Shown in pieces: positions 1-10,700 of a stretch of 64,000 nt of DNA (positions are counted from its first letter, which is position 1; each line of letters starts with the position of its first letter). Position numbers and translations under genes: made by a program. Source of the DNA: Enoplolaimus lenunculus (lineage: Eukaryota); contig JASANG010002570.1 in NCBI GenBank assembly GCA_030248215.1, positions 248,001-312,000 of the forward strand, read 5' to 3'. The notes beneath the pieces are model-generated. The model was not told the DNA's origin. It ran no database searches and worked only from the letters and a program-made list of their open reading frames with translations.

Positions 1-355
1 CGGATTGTTATTTATTTTTAACCCACTTTTAGTTACTGGTGTATATTCAGTATTGCAACTATCCGTTGAATTAAACGTTTATTTGTCTTGTATTAAAACC
101 TTGAGCGATAATTCAAGGTTATACTTAAGAATGTATTTTCAAAACTAAGTATGTTTCAAAGTTTCGAGCTCAACTTTATTTGGTCCTGGAATCATTTATG
201 CGCTACAATTAGGGATAATTGATATTTATGGGCTTTAATTATGATTTAGGAACTCTATCCAATTACGCACTCTTATTAGGGATACGGACTTCTATTGATT
301 GGGACTCAAAATGGGGACCCCCATTTAGTACACCCCTCTTATTCGGGTCACTACA
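1..355. mobile_element. MITE family A, 3' part (TIR CTGTAGTGACCCGAATAAGAG, TA TSD; Tc1/mariner-pogo type)
   Basis: Ends ctcttattcgggtcactaca; the interior matches the copies at 15940, 42673 and 50917. Confidence 0.85.
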
Positions 356-549
356 ATAAACTGCAATCGTTTTGTCATATCAATATTTTGAAAGCACACG
401 ACTTGTATATTTGTTAAATTAAAAAATTGATGAATTTTCAACCGTCGCTTTAGTTTTACTGGTTTGAACTGTCAAATATAAAATTAAACCAGAACTCATG
501 ACATTGATATTGGTTTCTGGCTGGCTGTTTTATAATTGTTGTATTTCAG

Positions 550-3500
550 GGACCTCCTGGCAAAGATGTAAGATTTTGATTTATAACCAACCTATACAAA
601 AAACGTATCTTGAGCCAAGATTACTGCTGGTTTCAGCATTAAGTGCAAACTAAATATCAAGGAAGCGCTTTTAACAAGTCTTTTGAATATGGACCAATGT
701 TACTTTAAGGGGCGTAACAGTAGATTATACGTCTTCCTAAGCCTAAGCCTAAGCCTAAGCCTAAGCCTAAGCCTAAGCCTAAGCCTAAGCCTAAGCCTAA
801 ACCTAAGCCTAAGCCTAAGCAAAAAATGTAAAGGCCCACCAGAAACCTGGACGCCCCTTAAAGTAACATGGGCCACCTTTTGGGTCATAGAGATCAAACA
901 TTTTTATGGGATCATATTATTTTCCCACTGAACCTAATTTGTGGCCACGCTCCTGGTTAACCTTACTTGATATATTTCACTAATTCACTGTTTTCAGGGC
1001 GAACCTGGGCCTCAGGGCACGCCTGGCATACCGGTAGACACTTTTTATTGAATTTAATTAGGCAAGCCAGCCGCTGAACTTAATGGTGTCAGTTAGAGCG
1101 TGTAGCCATAGAGTGACCAAGGCGGCTCTGCCCCTGGAAAAATTTTGCTTCCCCTAAAAAAGTTTAAACTTGTTTGTAAATCATTGCAAACCCGCGAATA
1201 CCCCTCCTAATTATTTTCCACCCCAAGCCCTCAGCAAGGTGGGCCGGCTACGGGCTTGAGTCAGTTTTTTTACCAAGAGTTGAAACTTGTTTGTAGTCAG
1301 GGTCCAGGTAAAAATTAGGGGCGGAACGTTTTTCTGTGGGACAAGAAATGAGTAAGCTTAAAGCTTTAGACTAATTTTTTGCTTGGCTAAGGCTTAGGCT
1401 TAGGCTTAAGAATATGCTCATTCTTACGCTAAGGCTTATGCTAAGGCTTTGGCTTAGGAATATGCTTACAATACTGTTCCGCCCCCGTTCTTTTTACAGT
1501 GGCCGAAGTCAGCAATGTGAATTGGTTCAACGTCAAAAATTTGTTGGATCGAATCGGATTGTTTCTGGATCAGGGCGATGAGTTACGTTTGTACCAGTCG
1601 TTCAAACAACAACTTTTTCACTGTTGGTATTTGTACCCATAAAGAAAAAACAGCTATTGTATATATAGACATATATAATATATAATATATATCTATATAT
1701 TGCAATTAATGCAGTGTGTGCCTTTGGCTAAATAGTAGCCCTTATTATGGCGCAATACCGTCATCTTCAACTGTGATGACTTTGAAATATTGAAAAATAC
1801 TCTTAAATTGATTATAGGGGCCAGATGGTAAACCTGGACAAAATGTGAGTAAAACAATTAGATTTCATACTTATGCTCGCGTTTCAACTTGGCTTCAACT
1901 TCATTCATTTAAACATCATTTGTAAGGATAAAGTTTCAAGTGTGCGAAAATATAAACAACCCGTCTTATAGGAGAGTTGTGAATTTTGCTCGCAATCTGA
2001 ATCAAAAATTGCATGCATCAGTAGCGCTGATAAGCGAGTTTCTGGTCGGAATTTTCTAGAAGTACAGGCCTTGAGTTGTTGTGGTTCTTGCAATAAGTAC
2101 AACTTTACAAAGCTGTGAAATATGCTAATTCGGACACAAATTTGAGCTGAACTGAAGCTACTTATAGTGATTTTAAGGGTCACAAAGGCGAAGACGGTAA
2201 AACTGGTGTGATGGGACCGCCAGGAACCCCGGTAAGACAGGGCCATGACCTACAGTAGTGGGCCAAATCTACGCTAAAACCCAAGCCTACTGATAAGCGC
2301 AAAAAGCCCTAAGAAAACCAATTTCAATACTATGACAGCTGTAAAATGCTAAGAATTTGGATTGTAAACTTTGTCAGTTTGACCCAGCTTTTCATAGCAC
2401 AATCATGTTTATACTGTCAAGGAATTCGCTGCAAACAAAGTAATACTGGAAAGTTGCCCAAAATACGTATGTGGAGAATTCCAACTTTAGCACATAGATT
2501 TGATGCAAAATCTAAATTTTGATGACAACAATTTTGTCGCGTTGTTCCATTGTTTTAGGGATATCCTGGAATCGAAGGGCGTCGCGGCGAACAAGGCATG
2601 CGTGTAAGTTTCAACACTTAACAATATTATCCTATACTCTGGTGCGTTGTCAGAGGGGTCTCGAGAATCTATACCCCCAATCCATTGATCAAAATAAGTT
2701 TAGCGACTATAATGCAAAACGATTTGATACTAAAATAATATTTGGCTTCTTGCTCGCTTCGATCATAACTTTTGTCACATTTTTATCTTTAAAAATTGCA
2801 TTTCCTAGGACGGGATACCGTGATTTTAATTTTATTTCTGTAAAGTTACTTCAAACCTGTTCTATTGATAGCTTACCGGCGGAATGAATTCTGTGATGTT
2901 GAATGCTTCGTGTTCAGTGCCGGTTTCAGGGCGATTTTGGACCACCGGGTAATCAAGGCCGCACTGGACCAAGAGGCAGAGTTGGAAGACCGGGACAGCC
3001 AGTAAGTTTTATTTGCGTTTAATGAGTTTGTACTTCGCTGTGAATTCAGCATTTTTGTTTATGTTACGTCTTAAGCCTGAATCATTACTGATAGAAAGAA
3101 TTAGTTATTTCTGGTTATTTCTTAGTGGATAACAGTAAATATTGACACTCTGAGCTAATCTAATTCCAGGTAATGACTTGATTAATTAGCTCAGAATTTG
3201 TTCAATCAATTTAGAGTTCTGAGTTCTAAAAGAAATAATACAGAGCTCTCCGGCTTCTGAGTGGATTCAACTCATTCTGAGTTAAAATCGACTCACTGAA
3301 GTTTACAGTGAACGTATAGAATAGGTTACTCTGAGCGTGAATGTAAAGCAAAGCTTAAGCCTAACCGTTAATCTGCTCCATTGGCCAACTAGGGTATAGC
3401 GCATCAAGATTTTCGAGGAAAAATTTTCAATAACAATACGGGGACTTTAAGATTAATAGAATCATAAAAATCGAGTTTTTCAAAAATTTAAATTTGGATT

Positions 3501-5068
3501 TGAAATGATAAGGTTATGAAAAGCACAAATATGTAAAAAAAATTTAAATCAAAATGTCTGGCGGCAAACGACTGCTGGGAAGTGAATAACAGAAAAATCC
3601 CCGCGATTGTATATATGTCGTAGGCCAATCTGTTATTCAGGCCAATTACTTATTGGCCTCGGCCAACCTGTTATTTTGAGTAATAACAGTTTCGCCTAGG
3701 CGAAACTGCTTTTAAGCTAATAGACCAATCAGATTTGATTATTCTGACAGACACAATACCTTTAACCAATCAGCGTTTGTTTTACATCACTGTTGTTTTG
3801 CTACACAATCGCTATTTAGCCTAGGCCAATCTGCTATTTCAGGCCTCGTTTCCATCAGAAGCGCATCTGCTTCACCTACTACAAGACGTTCTAAAAAGTA
3901 AATTCATTTTCACTGATTACTTGTTGTGTTATGTACACAGCAAAAATTGTAAGTGATTCTCTCCGAAGCAGGCTTTGCCTGACTACACAAACTGATCAAA
4001 ATTCGACTCCGCCAGAGTCAAATTGGGTCGAATTTGACTCAGGCGGAGTCGAATTTTGATCAGCTTGTGTAGTCGGGGCTAATGCACACCTTGATTATGC
4101 TTGCAGAAAATAAATCATTTTTGCAACGTTTATATATTTCTTTATCCGTTTTCCGTTGCTGTTTCCGTTTTCGATATTTTGACCGCTATCTATTTTCCAG
4201 TGGCGGATCCAGGATCTCAAAATGGGTGGGGGGGCAAAATTTTAAAGGTAATAAACTTATTTTTGACCCATACTGTAGTGTCCCAAATAAGAGGGGGAAA
4301 TAAGTGGGAGCTTATTACGAGCTGTTTATACTATTGTGTATAAAACAGAGAAATAAACAGCGTAGAACAGCAATTGACACTCTTGGTATTTTTTGTCGAG
4401 ATGCTGTTGGGGACGGGCCACGGCCGGGGTGCCCACCATGGATCCGCCATTGCTATTTTTGTTTCCGCTTCCGTTATTTTTAAAATCCGTTTACACCCTG
4501 ATATGCATATATGTATATATAGATATATTGGTCAGTATTTATTAGAAAATATAAGTCCAGGTGAAAGTGACACTAGCTTGTATCTAATTCGCGATCTATA
4601 TATATAATCTGTGAGGGTTGATTAAGGTTAGTGTTTCAATCTACATTTGCGGCGGACGACTTTGCTGTCGGAATAGTGCACGGTTAGGGCCGTTGCCTGA
4701 GAGTGGCCCATGTTAATTATAAAGTCCTGCCATCTGACCGACAGTAACATAAGCCATATGGCCCATGTATAGAACAGGGCCGGATCGCTTTCCGGAGGGG
4801 CTATAATAGAGCTAGTTTTAGCTTTAGACTAATTTTTTGCTTAGGCTTAGGCTTAGGAATAGGCTCATCCATACGCTTAGTCTTTAGGCTTAGGCTTAGG
4901 AATAGGCTCATCCATACGCTTAGGCTTAGTCTTTAGACTTAGGCTTAGGAATATGCTTATGCTACTGTTTCGGCCCTGTTCTATACATGAGCCAAGCATA
5001 TGAACCAGTGACACATTTAACAGTATACCATTTTAGATCGTCGATCAGAAATATTACAATATTGGTGA
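550..5068 (+). CDS. Collagen, 3' part (5' end outside window); Gly-X-Y exons followed by a short helical non-collagenous segment
   Basis: AG/GT-bounded phase-0 exons: 550-567 (GPPGKD), 998-1033 (GEPGPQGTPGIP), 1818-1844 (GPDGKPGQN), 2178-2231 (GHKGEDGKTGVMGPPGTP), 2559-2603 (GYPGIEGRRGEQGMR), 2930-3001 (GDFGPPGNQGRTGPRGRVGRPGQP). These give 28 uninterrupted triplets. Probable next exon 3843-3897 (ASFPSEAHLLHLLQDVLK); tentative last exon 5037-5068 (NRRSEILQYW*). The last two exons are less certain. Confidence 0.88.
692..874. mobile_element. MITE family C (TIR GGCCAATGTTACTTTAAGGGGCG) with ~14 tandem CCTAAG units at 736-820
   Basis: Ends CGCCCCTTAAAGTAACATGGGCC; near-perfect (CCTAAG)n. Confidence 0.85.
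1301..1504. mobile_element. MITE family B
   Basis: TSD gtagtcag/gaagtcag; TTAGGC repeats; same TIR. Confidence 0.85.
3978..4077. repeat. 100-bp near-perfect palindrome (hairpin MITE)
   Basis: ~46-bp arms CCTGACTACACAAACTGATCAAAATTCGACTCCGCC.. / ..GGCGGAGTCGAATTTTGATCAGCTTGTGTAGTCGGG. Confidence 0.9.
4198..4452. mobile_element. hAT-type MITE (CAGTGGCGGATCC)
   Basis: TIR; TSD ctattttc/ctattttt. Confidence 0.8.
4760..4993. mobile_element. MITE family B
   Basis: GGCCCATGTATAGAACAGGGCCG...CGGCCCTGTTCTATACATGAGCC; TTAGGC interior. Confidence 0.85.
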
Positions 5069-5220
5069 AGGTCGGTGAATAACAATGAAATACAGTTGAA
5101 AATATCAAATTAAAAAATTGTCAATAACTATAAATTGGATTATAATGTTATATTTCGAGTGTTCAATTGCAAAGGCATACGAATCAGTTGACTACAGTTA
5201 CAGCTATCAAGTTATTTGTA

Positions 5221-5477
5221 CACTGTCAATTTCAATGAGTTGAATTTAACTCAGAATGAGCTAAATCACTCAGTCTGAGTTAGAACTATCAGAATTCAAA
5301 ATTCTGAGTTGATTCAATTCATGCTGAGTTAATTAATCAACTTACACTGAGTCAACTCAAGTCAGACTAAGAATCAACTCAACTCAGAGTCTGAGTTAAT
5401 GTTTACTAATATTAATTCAGAAATAACTAACTCGCTAGCTGAGTTGATTAAACAACTCATTGGTATTAATTACAGTG
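5221..5477. mobile_element. MITE family D (CACTGTAAATT termini, 2-bp TSD, AACTCA/TGAGTT subterminal motifs); CMC/EnSpm type
   Basis: ta|CACTG...CAGTG|ta. Other copies have TSD CG (5869-6895), TT (29840-30092) and TA (14134-14732). Confidence 0.85.
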
Positions 5478-5868
5478 TATAATTTAGGCTTTAGAGAAGA
5501 AGAAAAACGGCAAAAATAGTTTTTAAAATAAAAACTATTTTAGATTTATATTTTCCCAAATCGCCATTACATTTTTGGAATTTCGAAAAAACTGGCAATA
5601 AATGCCAGGCTACGCCTAAATTAACTTCTGCATCTTACTATTTTGAAGGCATACGAGCTGCGGTTTAATTTTTCGGGACTGTCCGCCTGTATGTGACCAA
5701 GATCATTGCTGTATTGGTAATTGAACATTAGGAAATAAATGAGAACTTTAGCAAGCCTATAAGGGAGATGCTATACTTTTGATGACATCCAACGCCACTC
5801 GTCACCATCCGTCATCGTGCGGTATCGTACCTGTACGCCAAACTTACGTACGATACCGTATCGTGACG

Positions 5869-6895
5869 CACTGTAAATTCCAACCAGTCGTAGTGGGACT
5901 ACATTTATTGAGCGAAGCTCGAACGCACGTAAGCAATTAAGCTAATATGCAAATTAGCTATTAGCTAACTATTCAATTATCGGTTTCGGATGTTTGTAAA
6001 CTATTTATTCAAATTCCTCGCACCCAAAAACTCTTCAGCCACTCAAATAATTTTTGGAATAATTTAAAAAGTCCTAATTTTGTTCGGTCAATTAAGCTAA
6101 TATGCAAATTAGTTATTAGTTAACTATTAAATTATCCGTCTTGGATGTTTGTAAACTATTTATTCAAATTCATCGCACCAAAAACCCCTTTAGTGCTGAA
6201 ATTATATTGCTTTTAACCTTAATAATTAGCGAAATATTGTAAAAAGTCTTAATTTAGGCTTATAAACTATGCTAATATGCAAATTATCTATTAGCTAACT
6301 GTTCAATTATCGGTTTTAAAGGTTTGTAAACAGTATACGCAGATTCCTCGCACCCAAAAACCCTTTAATGCTAAAAGTAGATTGCTTCTAACTGTAATGA
6401 TTAGTGAAATATTGTGGAAATTCCTGATTTCGGCTTAAATAATTATGCAAATTAGCCTGTAGCTAATAAACGGCTTAAAATTTTAAAACCCTAATGCGAG
6501 GTTAACACCCCAGGATAATTGGCTTTCTAACAAAAAAAGTTTGTGAAAATCGGTTCAGCCGTTCCTGAGATTCTTTTCGGACGGACGGACGGACATCCAC
6601 CTTTCGACCCCCAAGTACAAAACATAAAACGCTTCGCGAAACTCCGAGCTTCGCTCAATCAGTTGATTAATCAATTCACCCGCGAGTTGCTTATTTCTGA
6701 ATTATTATCAGTAAACATTAACTCGCTCTGAGTTGACTTGATTATCATTCTGAGTTGACTTGACTCTCAGTGAGTTGATTAATTAACTCAGAATGAATTG
6801 AATCGACTCAAAATTCTGAGTTGTGATAGCCCTAACTCAGTCTGAGTGGATTCGACTCATTCTGAGTTAAAATCAACTCACTGAAATTTACAGTG
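5869..6895. mobile_element. Family D copy carrying a Helentron-like insertion
   Basis: cg|CACTGTAAATT...AATTTACAGTG|cg. Confidence 0.85.
5884..6660 (-). mobile_element. Non-autonomous Helentron-like element (HINE / DINE-1 architecture)
   Basis: Subterminal inverted repeat ATTGAGCGAAGCTCG (5907) / CGAGCTTCGCTCAAT (to 6659). (GTCC)n microsatellite near the minus-strand 5' end, ~3 central 150-180-bp tandem repeats, and a 3' stem-loop GTAGT-GGG-ACTAC at ~5890-5902. Confidence 0.75.
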
Positions 6896-7421
6896 CGGAC
6901 GGTGACGCACGATAAGCATAGCGGCACCCTAATAGAGTCCACTCAGCTCAGCCCCCTCAAATACATGTTGTCCCATTACCTAAACAATTTAGAATATCGC
7001 GTGTCCAGTATTGCGAAATCCTTGTATGCCCCTTCTGAAAATTTTCAACATTTCTTGTCAAGTTGATCTGGCTACTGGCCTACGCAAGAAATGAGGCGTT
7101 TCTATGTTTAGGTTACGTTCGCTATTATAATCAAATGTTAATGTCAAACTGAAATTAGAAACTGACAATAATATAAGTCAAAAAGGTCTATTAGGTTTCT
7201 TTCAAGTCAACACATTAGCCGGCTACCAAAGACAATTTTGACACCAAATCTTAATACAAAATTTTGGTTTTGATCCCTGTTGAAAGTGCCTGTGACCTAA
7301 ATTGGAAACATTTTTTGGATCATCCAAACTCCAAAGTATGTTCAATTTGACGCTAATAGTTAAAACTTAATATGCGCTATATCGTGTAGACAATCGTAAA
7401 CGCTGATTTATTAAAGAATTT

Positions 7422-7742
7422 GGCCAATGTAAAGAACACGGGCGGAACAGTGTTATAAAGCATATTCCTAAGCCTAAGCCTAAGCGTAAAGTGTAAGAAT
7501 GAGCGTATTCCTAAGCCTATAAGCCTAAGTGTAAGAATGAGCGTATTCCTAAGCCCAAGTCTAAGCCTAAGTGTAAGAATGAGCATATTCCTAAGCCTAA
7601 GCCTAAGCCTGAGCCTAAGCCTAAACCTATGCCTAAGCCTAAGCTTAAACCTAAGCCAACCAAAAAAACTAGTCTAAAAGCTGAAGCTTACTCTATTGCA
7701 GTTCCACAGAAAAACGTTCCACCCCTGATCTTTACATGGGCC
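7422..7742. mobile_element. MITE family B
   Basis: TSD aagaattt/aagtattt; expanded CCTAAG array. Confidence 0.85.
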
Positions 7743-7748
7743 AAGTAT

Positions 7749-10700
7749 TTAAAGCCGAAGTATTTCCGTAAACGGAGCAGGTTTGCCTGACAATGATACA
7801 TATTCGATGTTTTCTAAATTCAACCGGTTTTTCAACTTGGCTTCAAACGCATTTTTGAACTCTTCGTGTGTAAATTCAATTTCCGCTTCGGTGCCTAAAC
7901 AATGCGATAACTGCAAAAGCAGACCTTTATAATGCTACGTCGGCCAATGTAAAGAACAGGAGCAAAACCCTACTACAAGCATTTACCTAAGCCTAAGCTT
8001 AAGAATGAATTTATTCCTAAGACTAAACCAAAGCCTAAGCTAAACCAAGCAAAAAAATTACTCTAAAGCTTAAGCTTACTCTATTCTAGTCCCACAGAAG
8101 AACGTTCCGCCCCTGATCTTTACATGGGCCGCTACGTCGACAGTAATTTGGCTTACACAACACAATGTTTGTGGCTTATTTTTCAGAAACAGCGTTGGAC
8201 AGGACACTGATGAACCGCTGTCAGGTGGCCAATGTTACTTTAAAGGCCGTCCCATTGTCCCGGACAGAAATGTACCAAGAGTACCCGTCCCATTTTCTCG
8301 GGATAGCAATGTATCAGGAGTGCATTCAAAAAATATAGTTGGGACAGCGGGACAGTTGGGACAGATGGGACGGACGGACAAATGGCACAGATGAGACTGA
8401 TGGGACAGTTGGGACACTTGGTACAGTTGGAACAGATGGGACAGATGGGACACTTGGGACAAATGGGACCGATGGGACAGTTGGGACAGATGGGACAGAC
8501 GGGACACTTGGGACAGTGGGGACAGATGGGACAGTTGGGACACTTGGGACAGTTGGAACAGATGGGAAAGATGGGACACTTGGGACAGATGGGACAGTTT
8601 GGACACTTGGGACAGTTGGGACAGATGGGACAGTTGGGACAGATGAAACGGTAGGGACAGATGGGACACTTGGAACAGATGGGACAGTTGGAACAACCGG
8701 GACAGATGAAATAAATATCAGTCCCCCCTTATTCGGGTCACTAAGTAAGAATTTTTTTACCCGACCTGCGTTTACTTGCAAATACCTGAGGGTAGCCACG
8801 GATAAGTTCCCACTCTGGGGCTGACTTACTTGATGTAATTTTCAACGATACAATGTGCGCTTTTGGAAACGGAAGTTCTTCGGCTAAGAAATCACGAAAA
8901 TGACGCGATTCAAACGACGATATTTCAAACACTGGAACTTTCATGATTAGCGTTGACTTTTTGTGATCTGAAATACTTTATGACAGTCTACACTGTAAAT
9001 TCCGATGAGTTACTTATTCAACTCAGACGGAACGTTAGTTTATTTCTGAGTTAACAAACAGCAAACCTTAATTCACGCTGAGTTGAGCTGATTCTGACTC
9101 TGAGTTGATTTGATTCCGGGAAGGTTGATTAATTAAATCACAATCAATTATATCAACATAGAATTATGAATTCTGATAGTTCTAACACAGACTGAGTGAT
9201 TCATACAATGCCTGGTTCAAAATAAAAAATTTGGCCTCGCCACTAAATATGTCCCATCCTAGGGTTAACGGGTAGTCGTTGACCCTACGCCACTGAAAAT
9301 TTTCCGTTGACCCTACCTCAACGCTGGTCTGTGCCACTAGTTGAGGTAGGGTCAACACTTTTTTACAACCCATGACACGCGTTGACCCTACCTCAACGCA
9401 AAATTTCTGTTGACCCCACCTCAACGTGTGTCACAGAACAATTTGTGACACACATTTAGGTAGGGTCAACGCAAAGTTTCACATATATATTTGTATTTAC
9501 AACACACATAATTGTTATGTGTGTGGCTAGCGTTAACCCTGGGTCAGCGCTACACGAGTTTTGTGGCAAAAGTTAACGAAAATTTCAAATGTTGCATTTG
9601 AAGTGATTTGAAAAAAATTTGAGTTTACTAGTTTTTAGGAACAGCAAATAAATTTGGGGGGTGCAACCTGCCAATACGCGCATAAGTCCAAACCATAAGC
9701 TTACTCTATTGCAGTTTCCTATTGCAGTCCCACAGAAAAACGTTCCGTCTCTGATCTCCTGCCCCGCGCATATGGAGCCCCCGGCAGAACAAATTGTCTT
9801 ACCCAGCAAGGTTGCTGTTTGTGTAGAAACTGTTTTACTAATGAACGTTATCACTGGTTTTAATTGTGTTAATGATTAAAGGCCCCTTGGTTCCAGCAAC
9901 AATGTTTGTGTAGAAAAAGGGTAGACCAAACGCACACTAAACGCAGCAAATTTATTAGTTTGTTATGTGTGCAACTAAATATTAACACGCAATCGAACAC
10001 ACACGCGATGTGTATATGTGTTTTTATGGTTTGACTAGTGTTGACCCTACCTCAACGCGTGTCACAGAGACACACGTTGAGGTAGGGTCGACAGAAATTT
10101 TGCGTTGAGGTAGGGTCAACGCGTGTCGCGAGTTGTACAAAAAGTGTTGACCTACCTCAACGAGTGGCACAGACCACTCGTTGAGATAGGGTCAACGGAA
10201 AAATTTTCATTGAGGTAGGGTCAACGACCACTCGTTAACCCTGGGATGGGACATATTATGTGGCCAGGCCAAATTTTTTATTGTGAACGCCGCATAAGTG
10301 TGAGTTGAAATCAACTCACTGAAATTTGCAGCTTATCGTTTATTATGTTGGCCAAAGGAGTTGAACTATTTACCACCGTCACAATTTTCCAAATCGAGGG
10401 GATGAGTTTGTTTATTCTGAGTTGAAACGAAATTATTTACCCACAAAAGTTACGATATTCAGAATCTATCCGAGATAAGCTTTCCGGACAACCATTTTTA
10501 ATGTAAATGTTTCGGAAGTAAATTTGCTGAAACTTTCATCCACTGTGTTTGAGCCCCCACCTTCAATCTGAGGACAGCCACCACCCCTGTCTACTACAGC
10601 ACAGCCTGAAATCAAAGTGTCCAGTTGCATCACTGTAAATTCCCGTGAGTTGATTTTAACTCAGAATGAGTTGAATCACTCAGTCTGCGTTAGGACTGTC

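Noticed and set aside
683..931. SLSLSL/LRLRLR ORFs; possible true telomere
   Set aside because: A short (CCTAAG)n tract bracketed by MITE TIRs within a collagen intron.
8235..8824. Four overlapping ORFs, including a Gly-Thr-X collagen-like frame
   Set aside because: All arise from a 9-bp minisatellite inside a MITE in an intron; the repeat has no Pro and no convincing splice sites.
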